This document shows positions 1 through 8,872 of a DNA stretch of 64,000 bases, one piece after another. The stretch is from positions 1,888-65,887 of the forward strand of contig JAWXBF010000013.1 of the NCBI GenBank assembly GCA_034439895.1. Reading direction: 5' to 3'. Position numbers and translations under genes: made by a program. Under the pieces are notes generated by a model. That model worked only from the letters and a program-made list of their open reading frames with translations, did not search any database and was not told the DNA's origin. How positions within the stretch are numbered: the stretch's first letter is position 1; the number at the start of each line of letters is the position of its first letter. This stretch comes from Deltaproteobacteria bacterium (GTDB taxonomy: Bacteria; Myxococcota_A; Polyangia; Fen-1088).

Positions 1-110
<110 letters not shown>

Positions 111-251
111 GGCCTGACGGTCCGCGAGGCTGGTTTGACGTGAATGCGACGCACCCACTGCCGAAAGGCCGGGTGCGTTTGCATTTTCAGCGTGTTTTCG
201 CGCGCGTGGGATTGTCTTGAGTCCCTCGGATACTCAAATTATACTCATGCC

Positions 252-410
252 ATGAGTAAGCGCTTGCAGGTGGTCATGGACGAAGCCGAATTGCGCGGTT
301 ACGAGCGCGCGGCCCGGGCCGCTGGCGTGCCGCTGTCCGAGTGGGTGCGCCGTGCGTTGCGCGACGCTCGGAACCCGGTGGCGGCGGTGATAAAGAGCTT
401 GCGGCTGTAA
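252..410 (+). CDS. Ribbon-helix-helix (CopG/VapB-like) antitoxin
   Basis: [39 protein letters not shown]... is a typical RHH antitoxin N-terminus (short beta-strand then two helices). ATG at 252 is the internal Met of the longer 144..410 ORF. A PIN fragment follows. Confidence 0.55.
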   Translation: MSKRLQVVMDEAELRGYERAARAAGVPLSEWVRRALRDARNPVAAVIKSLRL

Positions 411-485
411 GGGCCGCTGCGCGGCATCAGTTTCCTGCTCCCGACATCGATCAGATGCTTGCGGAAATCGAACAAGGATACGCAA

Positions 486-601
486 ATGTCAGCCCGGGAC
501 GCGTTGCACATCGCAATCATGGAACATCAACGAATCGACACCATTCTCAGCTTCGACCGGGGTTTTGATCGTCACCCTGGCATCCGTCGGCTAGCCCGAT
601 G
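486..601 (+). pseudogene. Truncated PIN-domain (VapC) toxin remnant; only the C-terminal ~38 residues remain
   Basis: Frame 0 gives [38 protein letters not shown], which matches the last helix-strand of VapC (D..IAA..........T.D..F.RI.GL). Only ~190 nt lie between the antitoxin stop and this stop, too short for a full ~130-aa PIN. The TGA stop overlaps the ATG of the next gene (ATGA). Confidence 0.45.
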
Positions 602-1546
602 AAACCGGACGCACACACCTGGACGCCCGGTTCAAAAGCGACGCGATTGCAGCGTGAGGTCGCGGAGTCCGAGACCGGGATGCGCCTTGATCAATACCTT
701 GCCGCTTCGTTTCCGGAGATCTCCCGACGCAAGGCCAGGACGCTGATCGATATTGGGGGCGTTTTTGTGGATGGACGGCGCGCGAAACAGGCGGGTCGAC
801 CGGTGGCGACGGGCCAGAAGGTCCATGTTCACCTTGGCGGGGCGATTGAACGGGCGGCACGGGGCGTGGGGCAGGCGGCGCGGGCTTCCGATGCGTCGCG
901 TCTTCCCCCGATTGAAGTGTTGTTCGAGGACGAGCACCTGATCGTGGTCGACAAGCCGGCCGGCCTTCTGACTGCGCCAACTCCGGAGAGCGATCGCAAC
1001 AATCTGGCGGATCAACTTGCACGACGTGAGCCTGGGACGCCAGCCCCGATCTACGTGGTGCACCGCTTGGATTTGCAGACGAGTGGCGTGTTGGTGTTGG
1101 GCAAGTCAACCACGGCAAACCGGCTGCTGTCCGAACGCTTCGCGGTCCACGCGATCGAGCGCCGTTATTGTGCGGTGGTATCTGGGGTATTCCCGGAAGA
1201 CGTGAAAGAGATCGCAAAGCCGGTGGGAGGGCGTCCGGCGCTCACGCATGTCATCGGCAGAACGCCGCTGGGAACCATCGCAACCTTGCTTGAGCTGCAA
1301 CTTGAAACGGGTCGCACGCATCAGATCCGATTGCACTGCGTGGGTCTTGGCCATGGTGTGCTGGGTGATCCAGAGGTAAAGGGCTTACCGGGGCTGCGTC
1401 CCCCGCGCATGGCGCTGCATGCCGCGGTTCTGGGGTTTGAGCACCCTGTTGGCGGCGAGAAATTGCGCTTCGAAAGACCCTGGCCGCCTCCGGATCTTGC
1501 CGAGTGGTTCGCCGCGATGACCGAGCGGCACGGGGTAGGGCCTTAG
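599..1546 (+). CDS. RluA-family 23S rRNA pseudouridine synthase with N-terminal S4 domain (RluD/RluC-like)
   Basis: S4-like [33 protein letters not shown]. Catalytic motif [15 protein letters not shown] (RluA family Asp). Pseudouridine synthase-like GRTHQIRLH. The start may instead be the internal Met at ~680. Confidence 0.85.
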   Translation: MKPDAHTWTPGSKATRLQREVAESETGMRLDQYLAASFPEISRRKARTLIDIGGVFVDGRRAKQAGRPVATGQKVHVHLGGAIERAARGVGQAARASDASRLPPIEVLFEDEHLIVVDKPAGLLTAPTPESDRNNLADQLARREPGTPAPIYVVHRLDLQTSGVLVLGKSTTANRLLSERFAVHAIERRYCAVVSGVFPEDVKEIAKPVGGRPALTHVIGRTPLGTIATLLELQLETGRTHQIRLHCVGLGHGVLGDPEVKGLPGLRPPRMALHAAVLGFEHPVGGEKLRFERPWPPPDLAEWFAAMTERHGVGP

Positions 1547-1594
1547 CCAGGGAGCGCGCGGGACTGCGTACCGACGAAGGAACGCGCTAGACTG

Positions 1595-1828
1595 ATGTTT
1601 ATGACCGCACTCGCGAAACAGATCATCGACCAGGCGCTCCAGCTTGATGAAGAAGATCGCGCCGAGGTTGCCCACGAAATGCTGGCAAGCCTCGGCTCGG
1701 CGGAGGTCTCGCCGATATTCGCGCGCGAGTTGGAGAAGCGGATCCGAGATGTGGAATCCGGTGCCGTGAAACCGGTGTCCTGGTCCGAGGTTCAGGCCGA
1801 GCTCGAGATCCTCGCGCGTGGCCGCTGA
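1595..1828 (+). CDS. Type II antitoxin ('addiction module component', RelB/ParD-like partner of RelE/ParE)
   Basis: 77 aa, MTALAKQIIDQALQLDEEDRAEVAHEML...SWSEVQAELEIL. This is the typical small acidic antitoxin family. It overlaps the downstream toxin gene by 11 nt. Confidence 0.6.
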   Translation: MFMTALAKQIIDQALQLDEEDRAEVAHEMLASLGSAEVSPIFARELEKRIRDVESGAVKPVSWSEVQAELEILARGR

Positions 1829-2129
1829 GTCAGACGACCTCCTCCATCCGGAGGCTCGGACCGAACTCCGCGAAGCGGTCGCTTGGTATCGTGGGAAGGG
1901 AGCCGGCGCCATGGCGTTTGTCGCGCAAATCACCCGGATCATCGATGATCTTGTGAGGGGACCAAAGCGCTGGCCAGCCTTGCGCAATGTGAGTCCGCTC
2001 ATCCGCTATCGCGTGTTGCCCAAGAAGCACCCTTACACGATCTTCTATCGCGAAACCGCTACCAGCATTCTGATCCTGGCCTTCGCTCACCAGAAACGTC
2101 AGCCACTCTATTGGGTGTATCGGCATTGA
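1818..2129 (+). CDS. RelE/ParE-family type II toxin
   Basis: 103 aa, ...LIRYRVLPKKHPYTIFYRETATSILILAFAHQKRQP. The C-terminal RelE/ParE fold signature is present (R..V....Y.I.Y......I.IL...H). Overlaps the upstream antitoxin. Confidence 0.65.
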   Translation: MAAESDDLLHPEARTELREAVAWYRGKGAGAMAFVAQITRIIDDLVRGPKRWPALRNVSPLIRYRVLPKKHPYTIFYRETATSILILAFAHQKRQPLYWVYRH

Positions 2130-2212
2130 GTTCGCGAATTTTTCTTCAGGCGCTTGCCCACGTCCGAAGCGAGGAGCCGATCCGTTCGTGCAGTCACCAC
2201 TTTCGACACGCT

Positions 2213-3379
2213 CTACCCGGGCTCACGTTCGATGAGGCCCGCTGCGCCCATACCGCCGCCGATACACATCGTGATCACAGCCCAGCGACCCTTGCGTCGT
2301 TCCAGTTCGTGTAATGCGGTTGCGACCTGACGGGCGCCTGTGCATCCAAGCGGATGGCCAAGCGCAATGGCGCCGCCGTTGACGTTCACGCGCTCGGGCG
2401 GAAGTTGCAATTCGCGCATGCAGTACACTGCCTGTGAGGCAAAGGCCTCGTTGACCTCGAAAAGATCGATGTCGTCGATTTTCAGATGCGCCTTGGCGAG
2501 AAGCTTGCGCACGGCCGGAACAGGACCGATGCCCATGATGCCAGGCGGCACGCCGGCCACTGCGAAATGACGGAAGTAGGCGCGAATCTGTTTGGCCTGT
2601 TCACGGGCTTTCTCCGCCGACATCAGCACGACGGCTGCCGCGCCATCATTCAACGGTGAGGCATTTCCGGCTGTCACGGTTCCGCCTGGGTCGAAGGCGG
2701 GCTGCAATTTTCCGAGTTTTTCAATCGACGTATCGGCACGCGGACCCTCGTCCTTCTCGAAGACGATGTTCTTCCACGCGCCTTTTTCATAGACCCGCGT
2801 GGGCACGGCAACGATTTCGTGTGCCATGCGCCCGTCGGCCCATGCCGCCGATGCCTTGCGATGACTGTGATACGCAAACTCGTCCTGATCGGCCCGGCCG
2901 ATGCCGAACATTCGCGCAACGTTTTCGGCTGTGTTGCCCATCGGGATGTAAGCATCAGGGAAGGTGTCTACCAGCCTTGGGTTGAGCGCAACGGTGTGTC
3001 CGCCCATCGGTATGACAGAGAGGGATTCAACCCCGCCTGCAATCGCGGCATCAATCGCACCAACGGCGATGCGATCGGCCACCATCGAGACGGCCTGCAA
3101 GCCCGATGAACAAAATCGATTGATGGTCATGGCAGGCACCTCGTCAGGCAACCCCGCAAGGTGACCAATGAGACGCGCAACGTTGAGTCCCTGTTGGCCC
3201 TCGGGATTGGCGCACCCGATGATCAAGTCCTCGGCCCAGGCGGCGGGCATGTCGGCGCGGACAAGCGCTTCTCGAACCGCAACGGCGGCGAGATCATCGG
3301 GACGGGTATCCCGCAACATGCCCTTGGTTGCGCGGGCGATCGGTGTCCGAACGGCTGAAAGGATGGCTACGTCTCGCAT
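2213..3379 (-). CDS. fadA: Acetyl-CoA C-acyltransferase (3-ketoacyl-CoA thiolase)
   Basis: MRDVAILSAVRTPIARA..NRFCSSGLQAV (active-site Cys) ...NVNGGAIALGHPLGCTGARQ...ITMCIGGGMGAAGLIER are thiolase signatures. The start is taken at the internal Met (MRDVAIL) of the 2213..3451 ORF, 2 nt downstream of the fadB-like stop. Confidence 0.88.
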   Translation of the reverse strand: MRDVAILSAVRTPIARATKGMLRDTRPDDLAAVAVREALVRADMPAAWAEDLIIGCANPEGQQGLNVARLIGHLAGLPDEVPAMTINRFCSSGLQAVSMVADRIAVGAIDAAIAGGVESLSVIPMGGHTVALNPRLVDTFPDAYIPMGNTAENVARMFGIGRADQDEFAYHSHRKASAAWADGRMAHEIVAVPTRVYEKGAWKNIVFEKDEGPRADTSIEKLGKLQPAFDPGGTVTAGNASPLNDGAAAVVLMSAEKAREQAKQIRAYFRHFAVAGVPPGIMGIGPVPAVRKLLAKAHLKIDDIDLFEVNEAFASQAVYCMRELQLPPERVNVNGGAIALGHPLGCTGARQVATALHELERRKGRWAVITMCIGGGMGAAGLIEREPG

Positions 3380-3381
3380 GG

Positions 3382-5766
3382 TTAGTTCCGCAGGGGTTTG
3401 CTGGTTTGCAACATGTGTTGGATTCGAGCGCGGGTTTTTTCCTCGCCACACAACGAAAGGAAAACTTCGCGCTCGAGGTCGAGCAGGGTCTGTTCATCCA
3501 CCTTGGTTCCGGCTGGCACATCGCCACCCGACAGGATCTTGGCGAGGCCTGACGCCACCTTTGCATCGTGTTCCGAGATGCGATGGGCATCGGCAAGGTT
3601 GTGCAAGGCAGCGCGCAAAGTTGCAGCACCGACTGCGCCAATGACGCGGATCTGGCGGGGTGGGGGCGTGCGGAATCCGGCGCGTGCACGACCCAACACC
3701 AGCTCTTTGGCGTCGTGTAGCACATGCTCACGGCGCATCGATACCGAGTCTCCTTGCTGCAGGTAACCGAGTTCGCGGCCATCTTCGGCGCTTGTCGATA
3801 CCCGCGCGGTGGCCAGATACTCGAAAGGCTGGCGCACCAGCGACAAGAGATCGACATGCGGGTTGCCCGCCATGCGTCGCGCGGCACGGGCTGCCATTTC
3901 CATGGTGCCGCCACCCGCGGGAATTAGACCGACGCCCACTTCAACGCAACCGACGTACAGCTCGGCCGCGGCGCGGACTTCCTGGCAGGCCATCACGATT
4001 TCTGCGCCGCCGCCCAGCGCCAGTCCGAAGGGGGCGCAAACCACCGGCACCCGCGCATAGCGCAAGCGATTGCAGGCATTTTGGAAGGCGATCACCATCT
4101 CGTTTATCACCTTGTAGTTGTTCTGCGACAACGCGACCATCAGACCGAAGAGGTTCGCGCCCGCGCAGAAGGCAGAATCCGCATCGTTGCCGACCACGAG
4201 TCCCACCCCTTCACGTTCGGCGCGATCCACTGCCTTGTGAACCATCGTGACCATGTCGGGGTCGATGGCATTCATCTTTGCGTGGAATTCCAGGCAGAAC
4301 ACGCCGTCGCCGATGTCGAGCACCGAGGCGCTTGGGTTGCGTTCCACTTCGCCGCCCCATTTGCGAACCTCGGAAAGCACCAGGGCACGCGGATCGGGCG
4401 TGATTTCCTGGTAGCCGCCGATCTTGCGCAACTGCGACCGGGGGCTTGCGCCCTCTTGTTTAAAAAAGGTCGTTTCACCGGCCGCCAGGCGCTGTTTGAC
4501 CCACGCGGGCACAGAGAGTCCGTTGGTTTCCATCCGTGTCACGGTTTCAGCGACACCAAGCGCATCCCAGACAGCGAAGGGGCCACGTTCCCAGCCAAAG
4601 CCCCAGCACATGGCGTTGTCGATGTCGGAAATATCGTCAGAGATCTCACCCACGCGGTTGGCGGCGTAGATCAGGGTCTCGTCAATCACCTTGCGGGCAA
4701 GCTGCGAGGCGCGATCGTCCTTCGTGAAGAACTTGCGGAGGCGTTCATCCGGATCGTCCACGCCCTTCGTGGCACCGACGGAATCGAAACGTGGTTTCTT
4801 GAGAGGGACGTATTCAAAGGTGCCGAGATCCAGTTGCTGGATGTCGCCTTTTTTGTCCTTCTTGTAGAAGCCTTGCTTGGTCTTGCTGCCGAGCCACTTG
4901 TTCTCAACCAGCTTTGTCAGAATCGGGGATTCCGCAAAGACCGCGCGGCGCTCATCCTGCGCAAGCAATCCGTGACAGTTGCGTGACACGTGCACGAGCG
5001 TGTCGAGGCCAACCACGTCCGCGGTTCGGAAAATGGCGCTCTTCGGACGCCCGGTGGCCTTGCCGAAGATCAGATCGACTTCCTCGACCGTGTAACCCTC
5101 GGCGGCAGCCACATCGAGCGTTCGCAGCAGCGAAAAGGTCCCGATGCGATTGGCAATAAAGTTGGGGGTGTCCTTGGCCCAAACAACGCCCTTGCCGAGC
5201 ACCGTGGCGCACAGGTGCTGCGCGCGGGCGGCGTAGGCGTCGGTCGTTTCGGCTCCTGCCACAAGTTCGACGAGGGGCAGGTAGCGGGGCGGGTTGAAAA
5301 AGTGGGTGACCACAAAACGCTTTTTGAATTCGGCGCTGCGGCCTTCAATCAGCGAGGCGAGGGGCAGGCCGGAAGTATTGGACGCGATGAGGGCTTCGCC
5401 GCCGAGGGCATCCAGGCGGGCGAAAAGCTGGCGTTTGATGTCGAGGTTTTCCACGACCGCCTCGACCACGACATCGCAACGGGCGGCCTTTTCGAGATCG
5501 TCCTCGAGATTGCCGGTTCGAACGAGGGACTCGAATCGCCTGGAAAAGAACGAAGCCGGCTTGGAATCGGCCGTCCGGGTGAGCCCATCCTCGGCCACCT
5601 TGTTGCGGTTGGCGGCCGGCTGCGGAGGGTCGCCCGTCGGTTTGGGGACCACGTCAAGCAGCAGGACCTTGAGACCCGCATTGGCGAGGTGAGCGGCAAT
5701 CGCGGCCCCCATCACCCCTGCGCCCAGGACTGCCACCTCGTCGATTGGCTTGTTCACGTGTTTCAT
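3382..5766 (-). CDS. Bifunctional 3-hydroxyacyl-CoA dehydrogenase / enoyl-CoA hydratase (FadB/FadJ-like, domain order HAD-then-crotonase)
   Basis: N-terminal NAD-binding AVLGAGVMGAAIAAHLANAGLKVLLLDV plus the HAD C-terminal domain. C-terminal crotonase fold (VVGNDADSAFCAGANLFGL). Start at MKHVNKP (cat at 5764-5766). Confidence 0.85.
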   Translation of the reverse strand: MKHVNKPIDEVAVLGAGVMGAAIAAHLANAGLKVLLLDVVPKPTGDPPQPAANRNKVAEDGLTRTADSKPASFFSRRFESLVRTGNLEDDLEKAARCDVVVEAVVENLDIKRQLFARLDALGGEALIASNTSGLPLASLIEGRSAEFKKRFVVTHFFNPPRYLPLVELVAGAETTDAYAARAQHLCATVLGKGVVWAKDTPNFIANRIGTFSLLRTLDVAAAEGYTVEEVDLIFGKATGRPKSAIFRTADVVGLDTLVHVSRNCHGLLAQDERRAVFAESPILTKLVENKWLGSKTKQGFYKKDKKGDIQQLDLGTFEYVPLKKPRFDSVGATKGVDDPDERLRKFFTKDDRASQLARKVIDETLIYAANRVGEISDDISDIDNAMCWGFGWERGPFAVWDALGVAETVTRMETNGLSVPAWVKQRLAAGETTFFKQEGASPRSQLRKIGGYQEITPDPRALVLSEVRKWGGEVERNPSASVLDIGDGVFCLEFHAKMNAIDPDMVTMVHKAVDRAEREGVGLVVGNDADSAFCAGANLFGLMVALSQNNYKVINEMVIAFQNACNRLRYARVPVVCAPFGLALGGGAEIVMACQEVRAAAELYVGCVEVGVGLIPAGGGTMEMAARAARRMAGNPHVDLLSLVRQPFEYLATARVSTSAEDGRELGYLQQGDSVSMRREHVLHDAKELVLGRARAGFRTPPPRQIRVIGAVGAATLRAALHNLADAHRISEHDAKVASGLAKILSGGDVPAGTKVDEQTLLDLEREVFLSLCGEEKTRARIQHMLQTSKPLRN

Positions 5767-5870
5767 GGTGTTCTTGATTCTGAGATGCCGTGGGCAGAGG
5801 ATAGGTTGCCCGCCGAGATTTCCGATGCAGCCTCTTGATCGCGGGACGCCATTGACGCAAGCTGCCCGCC

Positions 5871-7355
5871 ATGCGCGTAACCTGTTATCGGAACCATCGG
5901 TTGGTTCTCGCAATTCTTTTGGTGCCGCTGTTTGCGACGGTCTTGCCCGCCGATGTCAAGGCGCAATCCGGGGCCGCGGCAGCGCCAGAGGATCCGGCGC
6001 TGAATGCGGCGAAGGCGGCCTTCGAAGAAGCCCAAACCTTGTACATCAAGGAAAACTGGGACGGTGCTGCTGCAAAGTTCATTGCTGCTTTCGAGGCCAA
6101 ACCATTTGCGGCGTTCTTGTTTAATGCAGGCGCTGCTTACGAGAAGGCGAATCGGGTTGAACTCGCGATTGACTACTACCAGCGTTACATCGCCAAGGAT
6201 CCAAATGCAAAAGACGCGAGGGATGTTGTCCTTCGCATCGACGGTCTCAAACGAAACCTTGCGCTGAAATCGGGCACCCCGCCGGCGCCCGGCCAGCCGG
6301 ACCAGCCCGTCTCGATGGCGATGTTGCCCGCCATCGAAACCAAGGGCCTCGTCATCATCGACTCGAAGCCCGCCGACGCGACGATCTATCTGAACGACAA
6401 GGCCAACGGTCCGCTCGGCAATACCCGCTGGGAAGGCTCACTCGCCCCCCATCCCGTAACAATCATACTGGAAGCCCGCGGCTTCAAGCCCGAGAAGCGC
6501 AAGATCAATCCCCGTCCCGACAAGATACTTGAGATCTACATCGCGCTTTCCGAGGAACACTTTTTGGGTTGGGTCGAGATTGCGTCCAACGTTGCGGGTG
6601 CCGAGATCTTTCTTGACCGCAAGGAGATAGGCTCGATAGGCAAGACCCCGTTCACAGGTCACGTCAAACCTGGCAAACACAAGATCTGGATCGAGAAAGC
6701 TGGCTACGAGACGCTGGAAAAAGACATCGAGGTCCTCCCCGGTACCGCCGCCAGTCACCAGTTTGATCTGAACCGTGTTTCGGTTGGTTGGGTGGCCGTG
6801 CGAGGCAAAAATTCGAAGGGTGCGAAGCTGCTTGTCGATGGCAAGTTCGCCTGCGACACCCCCTGCCAGCACGCTGTCCCGACTGGAACGCACGCGGTGC
6901 GGGTGACCAAGGAGGGCATGGAAGACTTCCAGAGCACGGTGAAGGTCGAACAAGCCATCCAGACCACCGTCGACCTGGTGTTTTCGCCGAAGCCGCCCAA
7001 GACACGGGCCTGGACGACGGCGGTCATCAGCGCAATTTTCCTGGGGGGTGGCATCTACATGGGTCTCGAAGCAAATAACCTCGAAGACGCGCTTCGCAAA
7101 GAGAGCAACGCGACCCCTCTGCCCGTGGGGGCGCCTCTCGTCGACAGCGGTGACGATCGGGTACTCAAGGGAAAAATCTATGCGATTGGCGCCGACGTGG
7201 CGTTCGGTCTTGCAGCCATCACGGGCGTCGTCTCGCTCGTGAACTTCCTGTCGTCGGGTCCGGCAAGCACCGGTGAAATGGACGAAAAGACGATCGGCTT
7301 TGCGCCCGTGCCCATGTCTGACGGTGGTGGATTCGCAGCCTCGGGGAGGTTTTAA
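5871..7355 (+). CDS. Secreted TPR- and PEGA-domain protein with C-terminal TM anchor
   Basis: Signal peptide LVLAILLVPLFATVLPADVKA. TPR-like AAYEKANRVELAIDYYQRYIAKDP. Two to three PEGA-like modules (GAEIFLDRKEIG...GKHKIWIEKAGYETLEKDIEV; AKLLVDGKFACDTPCQHAVPTGTHAVRVTKEGMEDF). A hydrophobic helix near the C-terminus. Confidence 0.6.
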   Translation: MRVTCYRNHRLVLAILLVPLFATVLPADVKAQSGAAAAPEDPALNAAKAAFEEAQTLYIKENWDGAAAKFIAAFEAKPFAAFLFNAGAAYEKANRVELAIDYYQRYIAKDPNAKDARDVVLRIDGLKRNLALKSGTPPAPGQPDQPVSMAMLPAIETKGLVIIDSKPADATIYLNDKANGPLGNTRWEGSLAPHPVTIILEARGFKPEKRKINPRPDKILEIYIALSEEHFLGWVEIASNVAGAEIFLDRKEIGSIGKTPFTGHVKPGKHKIWIEKAGYETLEKDIEVLPGTAASHQFDLNRVSVGWVAVRGKNSKGAKLLVDGKFACDTPCQHAVPTGTHAVRVTKEGMEDFQSTVKVEQAIQTTVDLVFSPKPPKTRAWTTAVISAIFLGGGIYMGLEANNLEDALRKESNATPLPVGAPLVDSGDDRVLKGKIYAIGADVAFGLAAITGVVSLVNFLSSGPASTGEMDEKTIGFAPVPMSDGGGFAASGRF

Positions 7356-7357
7356 TT

Positions 7358-8872
7358 ATGGAAACGAACTGGATGAAACCTCTGTTCAAGTGCAGCGCCG
7401 TGGTGGGTGCCCTGGTTATCGGAACCCTCGGCTGCGACTGGCGAAAGCTGGATGAAGCGGTTAGCAACGCCCCCGTCGTCGCCGTCGAGGCACCCGGTGG
7501 ATACGCCGCGGATGACGTGGGGCGTTTGATCGTACCGTTGCCTTACGATCCGACCACGCCGGCTGTGATTGGGCGCTACGCGTTTTTCGGACAGACCCGC
7601 TCAAGCGGTGGTGTGGCGGAATTCGATGCAGCCGGGAAGGTCTCGGTCTACGCCATTCCGGACGCAGCCCTTTCACCGATTATGGCGGAATCGATTAACT
7701 CCGCCATCTGGGTCGGACCCAGGGCGGGGACGTTGTTGGTGGGCACCCAGGGTTTCGGCGGTGCAGCGGATTCGGGTGCAACCTGGTTCCTGGAGATCGC
7801 CTTCGCACCCGGGGCTGCACCCGTTTTTGCGATTACACCGCATGTCTCGACCGTTCCTCCCAACGATGCTGTGGAACCGACTCCGGACAAATTCTGGGGT
7901 GCGGCACTTGCGGTGGGCGAGGTGACTGGCAATGCCTTTGCAGACCAGGTCGGAATGAGCCGTGACCACGTGGTCCTCATCGAAGACGGCCTCACGAGTG
8001 ACCCGAGTAAGCCTCTCATTTCCACCAGCGGGACCAACTGCGAGGTTTCCCTCGACCTCTTCACCCTGGGCGACGGGCGTGTGAAAGTGCCCCGGCCCCT
8101 GGCCATCGCGGACATCGCGGTGGGTGGCGCTTCCGAGATCCTGGTGGGGTTGCCATACGGCGTGGCGCCCAACAAGGGTGCGGTTCGCATCATGCGCAAG
8201 GTGCCGAAGGATCCGCTGAACCCAGCGCTCGGTTCTACCCTCGACTGTCCCAACGAGTTTGTCGCCGCGCCCGATGCAACACCCGAGAGCGCCGCCGGTT
8301 TCGGTTCGTCGATCGCGCCGCTCGATCTGGATGGCGATGGCAAAGACGAATCGCTGCTCGTCGGGTCGCCTCCCGATCGGGCCTACATCATCAAGGGCCC
8401 GATCGCTGTCGATGAAGATACGCTCAAGCGCAATTTGCATGCGCCGATTCCTGCGCAAATTACCGTGTTCCCACCTGCGCCCGCCGCGTCGTTCGGCCTC
8501 CGCGTTGACGCATTTGATTTCGACGGCCAACCGGGAGACGAAATCATCGTTTCGGCGCCCGACCAGGCTGATGGCACCAAGGCACAGGCCGGCCAGGTGT
8601 TTATATTCAAGTGGGACCCGGTTACAAGCAAGGCCATCTACCGGTCGTCGGTGAAAGACAACCAGAGCGAATCGCTTGCGATGTTGGGGTACGACATTGC
8701 GGGCATGCCGTTCGAGACACCCGCATGTGCAGGAACGGCGAAGGCCCCTCAAAAAGGAACGCTGTTGTTGGCGGGGACCCGTGCGGAGATCTTCACCTAT
8801 TTCCGAACGCCCGTCGCGCCCGGAATCGCCACACCGTTGTTGGCCGAAGTTCCCGATCCGCGCTGTCAGTAA
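7358..8872 (+). CDS. Lipoprotein with FG-GAP/integrin-alpha-like repeats
   Basis: Lipobox ALVIGTLGC. Repeated DLDGDGKDESLLVGSP / FDFDGQPGDEIIVSAP motifs (FG-GAP Ca-binding-like). 3-nt gap from the upstream gene. Confidence 0.55.
   Translation: METNWMKPLFKCSAVVGALVIGTLGCDWRKLDEAVSNAPVVAVEAPGGYAADDVGRLIVPLPYDPTTPAVIGRYAFFGQTRSSGGVAEFDAAGKVSVYAIPDAALSPIMAESINSAIWVGPRAGTLLVGTQGFGGAADSGATWFLEIAFAPGAAPVFAITPHVSTVPPNDAVEPTPDKFWGAALAVGEVTGNAFADQVGMSRDHVVLIEDGLTSDPSKPLISTSGTNCEVSLDLFTLGDGRVKVPRPLAIADIAVGGASEILVGLPYGVAPNKGAVRIMRKVPKDPLNPALGSTLDCPNEFVAAPDATPESAAGFGSSIAPLDLDGDGKDESLLVGSPPDRAYIIKGPIAVDEDTLKRNLHAPIPAQITVFPPAPAASFGLRVDAFDFDGQPGDEIIVSAPDQADGTKAQAGQVFIFKWDPVTSKAIYRSSVKDNQSESLAMLGYDIAGMPFETPACAGTAKAPQKGTLLLAGTRAEIFTYFRTPVAPGIATPLLAEVPDPRCQ

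Noticed and set aside
4081-5838. Long + strand ORFs (4081..4986, 4990..5838) inside the fadB-like gene
   Set aside because: Antisense to a CDS with strong FadB homology. Typical high-GC antisense open frames.
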